Part shown: positions 9,405-18,110 of the stretch, piece after piece | Position numbering within the stretch: position 1 is the first letter of the stretch | How the letters are laid out: each line of letters begins with the position of its first letter | Origin: a virus | Taxonomy: Duplodnaviria > Heunggongvirae > Uroviricota > Caudoviricetes | Length of the DNA: 64,000 bases | IMG/VR virus record: IMGVR_UViG_3300028797_000113 | Strand: one strand, 5' to 3' | Made by a program: the position numbers and the translations under genes | Notes under the pieces: generated by a model | Seen by the model: only the letters and a program-made list of their open reading frames with translations | The model's database searches: none | What the model was told of the DNA's origin: nothing

Positions 9405-9776
9405 ATGAATTATAAACAAATTCTTGATGACATTATTCACCAATACGAAAGCAAGTATCTATTTGCACCTACGGTTGATGTTCAATCGTTTGCCTTATCT
9501 CGACAAGGAGTTATTATATTGGATTTCAACCTGTTAAAAAATCCAAATGCCTTTTTTATTTTTTCTGTTTTACATGAGATAGGTCATTGCGAAACATACA
9601 AACCAAAACAAACGAAGGCAACAAGGGAATTTTTAGCAACGCAATGGGCCATAAAGGAATTTAATGCACTGGGATTAAAACTCACTAAATCAAATCAAAC
9701 TGCTTGGCAAGAATACATATATTCATTCGCCCCAAAGAATAAGAGCAAGTACAAATTAGACTGGAATTTAAAATGA
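9405..9776 (+). CDS. ImmA/IrrE-like zinc metallopeptidase (HExxH)
   Basis: 123 aa with FSVLHEIGHCE zincin HExxH motif, as in ImmA anti-repressor proteases of prophages and ICEs. Confidence 0.55.
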   Translation: MNYKQILDDIIHQYESKYLFAPTVDVQSFALSRQGVIILDFNLLKNPNAFFIFSVLHEIGHCETYKPKQTKATREFLATQWAIKEFNALGLKLTKSNQTAWQEYIYSFAPKNKSKYKLDWNLK

Positions 9777-9817
9777 GTTTCACTTTTGACACTTAAAAAG
9801 TTGAACTCATTTTTAAA
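9772..9817 (+). terminator. rho-independent terminator after the lysogeny-like module
   Basis: AATGAGTT...AACTCATT 8-bp stem with nested ACTTTT/AAAAGT stem, followed by TTTTT. Confidence 0.6.
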
Positions 9818-9872
9818 AACCACACAAAAATGATACACAACAAAAAACGAATTGCACTTGAAAGGAGATTTT

Positions 9873-10175
9873 ATGACAGTTGAATTATTTATACCATTAA
9901 AAGCAAAACTTAAAAATGGAAGACAAAACCAACCGCTTGAACCAGATAAATTATATGATGTGCATTATATATCTACTGGGCAATCTTATACTACTGTGTA
10001 TTTTGAAAACAAAGACGACAATTCAGTTCAATGCGGAGTTAATTCAATTCATTTAGATTTTTATATTAAAGATAGGCTGGTAGATATTCAGAGAAGTTAT
10101 TTGTTTAATCCGTATATTGGACTCAGAGAAATACTTAACGGCGCACCCGCGATATGTTTTATGGACGAAGATTAA
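9873..10175 (+). CDS. hypothetical protein
   Basis: SD aaaggagatt then ATG 9873; 100 aa. Confidence 0.5.
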   Translation: MTVELFIPLKAKLKNGRQNQPLEPDKLYDVHYISTGQSYTTVYFENKDDNSVQCGVNSIHLDFYIKDRLVDIQRSYLFNPYIGLREILNGAPAICFMDED

Positions 10176-10186
10176 AGGAGGCTGTA

Positions 10187-11013
10187 TGGCTACACCAATT
10201 ATTAAGTGGGCTGGAGGCAAACGACAGCTACTGCCAGAACTTAGAAAGAGAATGCCAAAGGAATTTAATTGGTACTATGAACCGTTTTTTGGCGGAGGCG
10301 CTTTGTTCTTTGATATTAACCCTACTGTCGCAGTTATTAATGACGCAAACATACAATTAATGAATGTGTATGAACAAATAAAAAAGAACTGGGTTAACGT
10401 ATGTTTGCAATTAACGTCATTTGAACATACCTACAACGGAATGACAGACGAAGAAGACCAACTTGAATATTATTTTAAGCTGAGAGAGATGTTTAACAAT
10501 TGTATAAAAGAGAATGAATTATCATCTCACAGTGCAGCATTGTTCATCTTCTTAAACAAGTCCGGGTATAACGGTTTGTATAGAGTGAACAAAAAAGGTG
10601 AGTTTAATGTTCCGTCAGCAAAAAAGAAAACAGTTATTTCTTTTGATGTCGGCAACATAAAAATGGCGTCTAAAGCGCTTCAAACAACTATCATGCACTC
10701 TGGAGATTTTACCTATGCTTGTCAGACCGCAAGGAAAGACGACTTTGTATTTTTTGATAGTCCATATTATGATACGTTTGATAATTACCAAGCGTCAGGG
10801 TTTACGGAAAAAGATCATTTGCGTTTGGTAAAACTGGCAGACGCACTTACCGATAGCCGAGTAAAATGGATGATGACATACAACGACTGCGATTATATAA
10901 AAGCATTATACAAAGGATATTACATTGATGAGGTTGACGTAAGACGCAACATTAATTCAGATGCAACCAAGCGGACCGGGAAAGAGATAATTATTAGAAA
11001 TTATAAGGAGTAA
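10187..11013 (+). CDS. dam: DNA adenine methyltransferase (Dam/MethyltransfD12 family)
   Basis: SD aaaggagg; N-terminal IIKWAGGKRQLLPEL and DSPYYDT (DPPY-type) motifs. Confidence 0.85.
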
Positions 11014-11017
11014 TAAT

Positions 11018-11284
11018 ATGGATTATTATGTTGACAGAAACTATTTGTTAGACGCTTTAAACGAAGCGCAAATTGAATATGATGAAAATTATAAGGGGCT
11101 TGGCAAGGCAAAGGAAATCGCCTCAAACCTTCCAACCGTAAGCCTAGTCAGAAAATTTGAAAAAATAAACGAAGACATTGAAAACATCAGAGATTTCATA
11201 GGGTGCGGTGACAAAGTATATTTCAGCGCTGACGCCGTACACGAGATTATTAACCGCACGATTAAACAATTAAAAGGAGAATGA
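11018..11284 (+). CDS. hypothetical protein
   Basis: 88 aa; tiled ORF with SD. Confidence 0.5.
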   Translation: MDYYVDRNYLLDALNEAQIEYDENYKGLGKAKEIASNLPTVSLVRKFEKINEDIENIRDFIGCGDKVYFSADAVHEIINRTIKQLKGE

Positions 11285-11287
11285 AAT

Positions 11288-11584
11288 ATGAAAACATGCA
11301 GAGACTGTGCTTGCGAAAACGTATGCAGCATACGACATAAGTTGGACGAATGTGCGTGCAATGAAGCATTTTTTAAGGTAGATGCGGCTAAGGAACTGAC
11401 AAAACTAAAATCGCACATCGAACATAAATCGGTTCACATTAATTTGTTTGACAATCTAATGATTGAAAGTTCTGAATTGATTAACTTTATAGACGAAAGA
11501 ATATCTGATCTGACAAAGCACAGAAGCAAATGTGATGGATGTCATCCATCCTGTAGAGAAGAATGTTACAACTGTGATGATTAA
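11288..11584 (+). CDS. Cys-rich small protein (MKxCxxC family)
   Basis: MKTCRDCACENVC N-terminus, paralogous to the 27088 and 29277 ORFs; more Cys pairs at the C-terminus. Confidence 0.5.
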   Translation: MKTCRDCACENVCSIRHKLDECACNEAFFKVDAAKELTKLKSHIEHKSVHINLFDNLMIESSELINFIDERISDLTKHRSKCDGCHPSCREECYNCDD

Positions 11585-11600
11585 AGCGAGGTGATTAATT

Positions 11601-11981
11601 ATGTGGTATGCATTTAGAATGGACAGTTTTATCACAAGCGCAAAAACAAAGAAAGAATTAATAGCAAATCTGTATGTTGAACAGTATCAAGTTAAAAGAA
11701 TATCTTGTGGCGCTTATGAATTGCTTACGCCTGCTAGCGATTGTTTAACATATTATTTGTTCGATGGTTTAACAAAAGCGTTTGACAACGGATTTAAAAC
11801 ACAATGGGAAGAGCATTTAGAGTTAGAAGCACTCACAAAATTTTTAAATGATATTGAGAGTGTTGCGCAGAAACACGGGTGGAATATAGGAGCATACGAA
11901 AATAAAAGCAAAAAAGAAGATTTAATAGAAGTTGTCTTTATACCTGCTCTCGGTTATGATTCACAGTTCAGAAAGTTTTAG
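11601..11981 (+). CDS. hypothetical protein
   Basis: SD gaggtgatt; 126 aa; TAG stop. Confidence 0.5.
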   Translation: MWYAFRMDSFITSAKTKKELIANLYVEQYQVKRISCGAYELLTPASDCLTYYLFDGLTKAFDNGFKTQWEEHLELEALTKFLNDIESVAQKHGWNIGAYENKSKKEDLIEVVFIPALGYDSQFRKF

Positions 11982-11997
11982 AAGGAGAGAACAATAA

Positions 11998-12351
11998 ATG
12001 AGAAATTTTGAAGAAATAATTGTTACATATTATCCCGATCATATGATACCTTATCCCGAATATAAAGGAAAACCATATTTCTCGATTCAGTATGAAGAAA
12101 ATGGCGAACACCATGTTGGCTATGGTACGTTTAGTCCACAAGTGTTATCAGGTTACATTAAAGATTATTTTAACGGTAGAGCAAGCATTGTTGAAGCACT
12201 TGAAAATCAAAAGACAGGACATTGGATAGAGTTAGGGTGTGTTGGAAATGATAATTACGATTTTAAATGTTCAGAGTGCAATCATTCCGACACCCACTCA
12301 AAAGCCGTAAAGGTAAATTATTGTTGGTTTTGTGGTGCAAAAATGGAATAG
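11998..12351 (+). CDS. small protein with C-terminal GHWI...CGAKME zinc ribbon
   Basis: KTGHWIELG...CSECN...CWFCGAKME; same C-module as the 12363, 38241 and 39336 ORFs. Confidence 0.55.
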   Translation: MRNFEEIIVTYYPDHMIPYPEYKGKPYFSIQYEENGEHHVGYGTFSPQVLSGYIKDYFNGRASIVEALENQKTGHWIELGCVGNDNYDFKCSECNHSDTHSKAVKVNYCWFCGAKME

Positions 12352-12362
12352 GGGTGTCTACA

Positions 12363-12665
12363 ATGGGAAAGAAAATTGATGCAGAAGAACTCTATCACAG
12401 AATGTATGAAGAGGCGTTTGAAAAGGATTCCGATTTACAGAAATGGGATAGTGGATGTTGGATTAGATTTAAACTCTTTGAAAATGTCTTAAAAGATATG
12501 CCTGAAGTTGAAGAAAAAACAGGACATTGGACAAAGAAAGATGTCGATTTTAATGGTAGAGTATGGCATAACTGCTCTATATGTAATGGCGTAGCAATGA
12601 CAGGTGCAGACGACAATTTCTTTAATTTCTGTCCTCATTGTGGTGCAAAAATGGAAAGGGGTTAA
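12363..12665 (+). CDS. small protein with C-terminal GHW...CPHCGAKMERG zinc ribbon
   Basis: ATG 12363; EKTGHWTKK...CSICN...CPHCGAKMERG. Confidence 0.55.
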   Translation: MGKKIDAEELYHRMYEEAFEKDSDLQKWDSGCWIRFKLFENVLKDMPEVEEKTGHWTKKDVDFNGRVWHNCSICNGVAMTGADDNFFNFCPHCGAKMERG

Positions 12666-12668
12666 ACA

Positions 12669-12917
12669 GTGAACACCGAAATTTATAAAATCTATATTCG
12701 TTCTGCTTTTGACGGTTTTGAAAAATATTATTTCATAGGCACAAAAGAACAGTTGATGACCTTAATCGGAATCTTATACTCAACGAGACTTGTTCAAATT
12801 GAAAGAATATCATACGAAATAGCCAAAAAAGAAGAACCTGATGATTGTAAACAGATAAAATATGCCGTTGAAAGTAATGGAAATATATTCACTTATGTAT
12901 GCAAAGGAGAATATTGA
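12669..12917 (+). CDS. hypothetical protein
   Basis: GTG start 4 nt after previous stop; 82 aa. Confidence 0.4.
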   Translation: MNTEIYKIYIRSAFDGFEKYYFIGTKEQLMTLIGILYSTRLVQIERISYEIAKKEEPDDCKQIKYAVESNGNIFTYVCKGEY

Positions 12918-13073
12918 AGTAGACACCAATATATAATATTATAATTATTATATATATATTATTATTAATATATATATAATAAAATTTAATTATTTATATT
13001 ATTTTTTTCTCTCCTTATAGAGAGAAAAAAATAAATAATATAATATATAATATAATATAAAAGGAGAATAATT
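12918..13073. repeat. AT-rich quasi-palindromic element with central perfect hairpin (origin/iteron candidate)
   Basis: (ta)n and ataat repeats flanking tttttttctctcc-ttat-agagagaaaaaaa; symmetric on both strands. Confidence 0.5.
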
Positions 13074-13349
13074 ATGGATAATTTAGATTTACTATTAAGG
13101 GAATTAAACAAAGCAGTCGAAGATAAAAAGCCGATCCTCGTTTCGATTTTGAAACCGGGGCAATTAAAAATCCATTCGGAATTTTGTCCTACAAGCATCA
13201 CTTATAACGGCTGGTTAAGGATAGATTGCAAGAATAACGAATCAGTAAATTTTTACATCGACGATTATTTTTTAAACCTTGATTCATCTAGCGGAGTTCT
13301 CACGTTCGTAGCAAAAAATCAGGACGAATCTATCGGAATTTGTTTTTAA
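13074..13349 (+). CDS. hypothetical protein
   Basis: SD aaaggagaataatt then ATG; 91 aa. Confidence 0.5.
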   Translation: MDNLDLLLRELNKAVEDKKPILVSILKPGQLKIHSEFCPTSITYNGWLRIDCKNNESVNFYIDDYFLNLDSSSGVLTFVAKNQDESIGICF

Positions 13350-13357
13350 AAAAGTTG

Positions 13358-13386
13358 TTGACAACGCAAACTAAAAGTGATAAAGT
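13358..13386 (+). promoter_or_regulatory. sigma70-type promoter (TTGACA-17-TAAAGT with extended TG)
   Basis: gTTGACAacgcaaactaaaagTGaTAAAGT about 130 nt upstream of the ERF gene. Confidence 0.6.
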
Positions 13387-13513
13387 AATGAAGTAAGGTA
13401 AAAATTAAAGGCTACGGAACATAACCAAATTTGCATTATAAATACAATCAATGTGGTTCTCCTTAAATAACACATTCGTGGCCTTTTATTTTTTACACAG
13501 AAAGGGGCATAAA

Positions 13514-14227
13514 ATGAAAAATATCTATCAAACTATCTCAGATGTAATGGCAGAGATTGGTGCTATCGGCAAAGACAAGAAAAATCAATCCCAAGGTTTT
13601 ATGTACAGAGGTATTGATGCCGTGATGAATGCACTCAGTCCCGCATTAGTCAAACACAAACTCTTTGTAGTTCCCGAGATTCTCGAACAGATCAGAGAAG
13701 AAAGAACGAACAAGAACGGAACTACTCTTATTTACTCAGTATGTAAAATTAAATATACCTTTTATGCAGAGGATGGTTCATCTGTATATGCTATCGTTAT
13801 CGGCGAAGGTATGGATTCTGGCGACAAGGCAACTAATAAGGCTATGAGTATTGCTTTTAAGTATGCTTGTTTCCAAGTATTCTGTATTCCTACAGAAGAA
13901 ATGGTTGACCCGGACGCTGAGGTTCACGAAGTAGCACCTAAGGCAACTCAGACCGAGAAAGAACCTAAGGTCGAAAAAGAACCCAAGGCTGAAAAAGAAC
14001 CTAAGGCTGAGCAGCCTAAAAAGACCAGCGAAGATATGGCAGAAGAAAAGGAAAAGATTTCAGAGTCTGACCTTGAAACCTTAAGAAAAATGATTAACAG
14101 AGACAACGTCTCAGAAGAGAAACTGGTAGAAACATATAAGGTTACTGCTGCCGAAGAATTAAATAAAGCCCAGTTAAAAAACATTAAACAGAACTGGGAT
14201 AAAGTAAGACAGAAATGCGCACAATGA
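13514..14227 (+). CDS. ERF-family single-strand annealing protein
   Basis: GKDKKNQSQGFMYRGIDAVMNALSPALVKHKL matches the ERF core; C-terminal KEPKVEKEPKAEKEPKAE low-complexity repeat. Confidence 0.7.
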   Translation: MKNIYQTISDVMAEIGAIGKDKKNQSQGFMYRGIDAVMNALSPALVKHKLFVVPEILEQIREERTNKNGTTLIYSVCKIKYTFYAEDGSSVYAIVIGEGMDSGDKATNKAMSIAFKYACFQVFCIPTEEMVDPDAEVHEVAPKATQTEKEPKVEKEPKAEKEPKAEQPKKTSEDMAEEKEKISESDLETLRKMINRDNVSEEKLVETYKVTAAEELNKAQLKNIKQNWDKVRQKCAQ

Positions 14228-14235
14228 GGTAACTA

Positions 14236-14760
14236 ATGGAGTTCATAGGTCATCTCGTCGGGGCAACACGAAACTTATCGACAGGTAAATTTAATATTAC
14301 CTTCGAACTCGATGAAGGAAACATACAAGACCTTGACAAGATAAGCGGAAACAAAAAGTTAATAATACAAGCGAAGCAGCATTACGATAAACGAAGCCTT
14401 ACGGCAAACGGATATGCGTGGAAACTTATGCAGTTAATTGCAGAAGCTACAGACCAAACCAAATGGGACGTTTATCTTACTTGCATACAAAGGTATAGCC
14501 GAGCCTTTACACACTTAATTGTAAAGCCACAAGCCATACCGAGAGTGCAAGAGATGTTTCGTGTTTGTATTGACTTAGGCGAGATAACCGTGAACGGCCA
14601 AACAGGACATCAGTTACAATGCTATTTTGGAAGTCATACATTTACGACTAAAGAAATGAGCGTGTTTATAGATGGAATTATAAGCGAATGTCGTGATCTT
14701 GAGATTCCGATAATTCCAGACAGCGAAGTAGACAGATTAAAAAAGGAGTGGGGCAAATGA
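14236..14760 (+). CDS. hypothetical protein (recombination module)
   Basis: 174 aa directly after ERF gene; no motif recognised. Confidence 0.5.
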   Translation: MEFIGHLVGATRNLSTGKFNITFELDEGNIQDLDKISGNKKLIIQAKQHYDKRSLTANGYAWKLMQLIAEATDQTKWDVYLTCIQRYSRAFTHLIVKPQAIPRVQEMFRVCIDLGEITVNGQTGHQLQCYFGSHTFTTKEMSVFIDGIISECRDLEIPIIPDSEVDRLKKEWGK

Positions 14761-14984
14761 CAACTATTACAGTTAACGACGAAAGAGATAATGTTGTTGA
14801 ACTTAGAGATTTATGTCCGGGAGATTTCTTTTACATTAACGATCCTGAGAACATGAAACTCTTAACAGGAATGGACAGCATAAACGCAGAAGTTTTTGAT
14901 TTGGTTAATTTGACAAAACAGATACTTCCCACCGACGAGGTCGTTTGTAAATACAAAGAAATCACAATTGATGCAACGCTATGA
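14757..14984 (+). CDS. hypothetical protein
   Basis: ATG 14757 overlapping upstream TGA; SD aaaaaggag. Confidence 0.45.
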   Translation: MTTITVNDERDNVVELRDLCPGDFFYINDPENMKLLTGMDSINAEVFDLVNLTKQILPTDEVVCKYKEITIDATL

Positions 14985-15277
14985 AGCCAACCCAAAGCAT
15001 AATCCAAACCGAAAAGAAATGTTATATTTGCGGTTGTGCAAGAGAAGAAATACTCAGTGAACACCATTGTATTTCAGGGGACGGCAGACGAGATATTGCA
15101 GAACGTCTTGGATTAAAGGTTTGGATATGTTATTATTGTCATAAAGCGTTGCACGATAAAGATAACAATGATAAAGACTTTGATTTACAGATGAAACAAA
15201 AGGCTCAAATGGTCTTTGAAGAAAAGATAGGAACAAGAGAGCAATGGATTGAATACTTCTGGAAATCATATTTATGA
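14981..15277 (+). CDS. HNH-like endonuclease fold protein
   Basis: CYICGC...SEHHCISGDG...LKVWICYYCHKALH fits the C-x2-C...HH...N...C-x2-C...H HNH pattern. Confidence 0.5.
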   Translation: MKPTQSIIQTEKKCYICGCAREEILSEHHCISGDGRRDIAERLGLKVWICYYCHKALHDKDNNDKDFDLQMKQKAQMVFEEKIGTREQWIEYFWKSYL

Positions 15278-15581
15278 AAGGTGGTATAGCTATGGAAAAG
15301 ACAGGAGGTTGAAATGGACGGTGACTGATATTGAAAAATTGTATGACAAAGTCATGCAGACCAAAGAAAAACGCCAACGAAATAATATAGAATACTTTAT
15401 TACCGAGTTTGAAAAACAAATGACAGGCGACTTAGATGAGCTCTATCAAACAGATAAAGAACAGTATAATATATCGCTTGCCAACGTGAAGAAACAAGGC
15501 ATAAGAGTATTTAGAAACGCCGAAGGCAAACACAAATTAGACTGTACGAATATGTCGAGCAACATATTTGAACATTTATAA
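15249..15581 (+). CDS. hypothetical protein (start uncertain: TTG 15249 or downstream)
   Basis: 110 aa ORF; aggagg at 15297. Confidence 0.4.
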   Translation: MNTSGNHIYERWYSYGKDRRLKWTVTDIEKLYDKVMQTKEKRQRNNIEYFITEFEKQMTGDLDELYQTDKEQYNISLANVKKQGIRVFRNAEGKHKLDCTNMSSNIFEHL

Positions 15582-15585
15582 AACA

Positions 15586-15779
15586 TCTGGCGCTTACAGC
15601 AATTTTACACCACATTTATGGAATAGACTTTTAATCTATTATTTACTTTGCGTCAGTTACATCGGGCTCACACAGCAATATATTTAATACAAAAAACAGC
15701 CATTGATAAGTTTTTATATTATGAGTCCGGCAAGTCACAAACAAAAATAAAATTCTGGCACTTACAGCAATTTATCACC
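15586..15779 (+). repeat. pair of 26-nt direct repeats upstream of the vWA gene
   Basis: tctggcGcttacagcaattttacacc (about 15586-15611) and tctggcActtacagcaatttatcacc (about 15754-15779). Confidence 0.6.
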
Positions 15780-15817
15780 TTGCAATTGGTTTTATGTGTC
15801 AGGGAAAAGAGGAAAAA

Positions 15818-17296
15818 ATGGATTTCGCAAATGCTTTAAAAGAAGAAGCAAGAAAAACTTATACTGAGAATGGCGCTCAGGCATACAACACTACGTCGGA
15901 TGCTTTGTTGGACCTTTTCGGTACTATCGGTTCTTTAAGAACCAGAGATTATACGGAAATTGATACGCTTGTTGAAGAAGCGTTCAAGGTTGATCCGTTA
16001 TTCACAATGAAGATTATCTTCTACGCAAGAGACATAAGAGAGGGATGCGGCGAAAGAAAAGTCTTCAGACATATTATTAAATATATCGCAAATAAATACC
16101 CTTATGCTCTTATGAAGAACGTCATTCTTATACCGAAGTTCGGTAGATGGGATGATATGTATGAACTCGTAGGCACGCAGCTCGAAGATTTCATGTGGTC
16201 TGTAATGTACGACCAGTGGTTTAGAGACTTGGCTAACTATCAGGAAAAACAGCCTATCTCTTTACTCGCTAAATGGATTAAGACACCCGATGGTTCTTCA
16301 AAAGAAACAAGAAGACTTGGTTGTTTAACTGCTAAAAAGTTGGGCTATATTAATGCCAGTGACTTTAAGAAACAGTTAAGAGCGTTGAGAAGACACATTG
16401 ATGTTACAGAAGTTAAGATGACCGCAAACGAATGGTCTGACATTGAGTATTCAGCGGTTCCGAGTAACGCAATGACTAAATACAGACACGCATTTGACAG
16501 GCACGACAATGAAAGATTCATGTCCTTTGTTACAAGAGCCGTTAATGGCGAAGTAAAGATAAATTCATCTACACTTTATCCATACGACATCGTTGAAAAA
16601 TCATTGTATTATCAAGACAAATCAGATGTTCTTGAAGCGCAATGGAGACAGTTGCCTAATTATGTAGAACCCGGAACCAATGCAATGATAATTGCAGATG
16701 TATCTGGCTCAATGTCTGGAAGACCTATGGCAACATCAATTGGACTTGCAATGTATTTTGCAGAGAGAAATGTTGGTGCATATCATAATTTATTTATGAC
16801 GTTTTCTTCTAATCCCGAGGTTGTTACTCTTAAGGGCGACACCTTAGAACAAAAGATACAGTTTATACACAATGTAAACTGGGGCGGATCGACAAATCTC
16901 GAAGCAGCATTCAAACTTATTCTTGACATCGCCATTAAAAACAATATTCCTTCAGAGGAAATGGTTAAGTCATTAATCATCGTATCTGATATGGAAATTG
17001 ATATGGCAACATCAGGATGGGGAACTCCTACTTCATCAGAAACTTGGTCGTTCTACGATACAATGAGAAATTTATATCACAGAAACGGATATGAAATTCC
17101 TAATGTTGTGTTCTGGAATGTTAATTCAAGGCACGACGTATTCCACGTGGACGCTAAGAGAAAAGGCGTGCAGTTATGCTCAGGTTCATCTATCAATACA
17201 TTTAAACAGTTAATGGGTTGTATAGGTATGACGCCTGTTGAGATGATGAATAAAATAATCAACTCAGAAAGATACGCCGAAATAAAAATAGAATAA
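15818..17296 (+). CDS. vWA-domain protein with alpha-helical N-domain (DUF2828-like; Ro60/TROVE-like architecture)
   Basis: 492 aa; N-terminal TENGAQAYNTTSDALLDLF; MIIADVSGSMSG MIDAS motif (DxSxS) near aa 300. Confidence 0.6.
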   Translation: MDFANALKEEARKTYTENGAQAYNTTSDALLDLFGTIGSLRTRDYTEIDTLVEEAFKVDPLFTMKIIFYARDIREGCGERKVFRHIIKYIANKYPYALMKNVILIPKFGRWDDMYELVGTQLEDFMWSVMYDQWFRDLANYQEKQPISLLAKWIKTPDGSSKETRRLGCLTAKKLGYINASDFKKQLRALRRHIDVTEVKMTANEWSDIEYSAVPSNAMTKYRHAFDRHDNERFMSFVTRAVNGEVKINSSTLYPYDIVEKSLYYQDKSDVLEAQWRQLPNYVEPGTNAMIIADVSGSMSGRPMATSIGLAMYFAERNVGAYHNLFMTFSSNPEVVTLKGDTLEQKIQFIHNVNWGGSTNLEAAFKLILDIAIKNNIPSEEMVKSLIIVSDMEIDMATSGWGTPTSSETWSFYDTMRNLYHRNGYEIPNVVFWNVNSRHDVFHVDAKRKGVQLCSGSSINTFKQLMGCIGMTPVEMMNKIINSERYAEIKIE

Positions 17297-17462
17297 TAAT
17301 TATGGGGGAGCCGTTAAACTGTTGTATTTGTAGACCATGGCTACGGTATAAACAGTGAAACAGATGTTGCAATAATGACGGTAAGGGCACTCCCCTGCCA
17401 CGCGATATAGGGCTTTATGCTTTATATAAATAGTCCTCGGATGGACTTCTCTAAGTTAAACT

Positions 17463-17496
17463 ATTGTACGTCAGGGTTCAATGCCTTGCGTACAAT
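17463..17496 (+). ncRNA. acceptor/T-arm-like minihelix hairpin
   Basis: ATTGTACG/CGTACAAT 8-bp stem enclosing AGGG-TTCAATG-CCTT, just 5' of tRNA-Asn. Confidence 0.35.
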
Positions 17497-17498
17497 TC

Positions 17499-17571
17499 GG
17501 AGGTATAGCTCAGTTGGTAAAGCAAGTGACTGTTAGTCACTGGGTCAAAGGTTCAAGTCCTTTTATCTCCG
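17499..17571 (+). tRNA. tRNA-Asn (anticodon GTT)
   Basis: Cloverleaf folded by hand: acceptor GGAGGTA/TATCTCC, D arm GCTC-AGTTGGTAA, anticodon stem AGTGA/TCACT with loop CTGTTAG, T arm AAAGG-TTCAAGT-CCTTT. Confidence 0.8.
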
Positions 17572-17648
17572 CTCGCATAAGAGTTTTGGCTTTCTTCTTA
17601 TGCGACTAGCATCACCTCCTTTGATGCATAAAAGTATTGTTTACTCGT

Positions 17649-17748
17649 TGCACGGTGGCGAAATGGAGACGCAAATGACCGAATAAGCCAGCGGTCATGT
17701 AGCAAACGGCAGACACTACGTGTAGGGTTCGATTCCCTATCCGTGCAA
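17649..17748 (+). ncRNA. tRNA-like element with canonical T-arm/acceptor but aberrant anticodon region (about 100 nt)
   Basis: TGCACGG/CCGTGCA acceptor, GCG-AAATGGAGA-CGC D-arm, TAGGG-TTCGATT-CCCTA T-arm; middle forms ATGACCG/CGGTCAT stem with 10-nt loop plus long extra arm. Confidence 0.4.
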
Positions 17749-17809
17749 GCGTACATTGTGACATAGCGATGCACGTTCAAATTTAAACCTTCTTGAAAAG
17801 TTGCATAGT

Positions 17810-17877
17810 GGCGGAATAGGTAGACGCTATGAAAGGTACAGGTAGATTGAGACTGGGGTTCGAGTCCCCCGTGCCGC
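17810..17877 (+). ncRNA. tRNA-like T-arm/acceptor element without a foldable anticodon arm
   Basis: GGGG-TTCGAGT-CCCC T-arm followed by GTGCCGC that pairs 6/7 with upstream GCGGAAT; 5' part is Leu-tRNA-like (GTGGCGGAATAGGTAGACGC) but has no anticodon stem. Confidence 0.3.
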
Positions 17878-18110
17878 TTTGAGAAATCATTAGGTGAAGT
17901 AACCTTTGGCGGAGCGGTTTCCCGACTGGTAGGTAATATCTCAATTATGTGAGTGTGCAAATCCTCACCTATGCAAACGGAGTGAAGAACAAATGAATCG
18001 GCGACTCAGTGATATTGGCGCATCGGTACCGCGCCCAGCGACGGCTGCAAAATATCAGGCCAATAGCCGAGATGTGTGGCCCGTGGGTGACCTTAACCCA
18101 CACGCTCCTT

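Noticed and set aside
9818-9872. Promoter downstream of the 9.8-kb terminator
   Set aside because: Only a lone TTGACA/TTGAAC without an acceptable -10 at 16-18 nt was found.
12918-13073. AT-rich hairpin as an intrinsic terminator
   Set aside because: The T-run precedes rather than follows the stem on both strands. The element is called a palindromic/origin-like repeat instead.
15818-17296. Confident call of Ro60/Rsr orthologue
   Set aside because: The N-terminal motif (TENGA…ALLDLF) resembles DUF2828 more than TROVE as far as I can recall. Only the domain architecture is asserted.
17810-17877. Canonical tRNA-Leu call
   Set aside because: The 5' half is Leu-tRNA-like and the T-arm is perfect, but no 5-7-5 anticodon arm can be formed in the 36 nt between them. 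It is left as a tRNA-like element.
17598-17960. 120-aa minus-strand ORF across the tRNA region, and other antisense or embedded ORFs in the track (e.g. 254-436-, 445-705-, 1454-1690-, 13948-14184-, 28110-28394-, 34262-34651-, 51863-52324+, 54613-54876+, 62421-62654+)
   Set aside because: They overlap tRNAs or better-supported genes on the opposite strand, lack SD sites, and have low-complexity or Cys/Ser/Leu-biased products typical of antisense artefacts.
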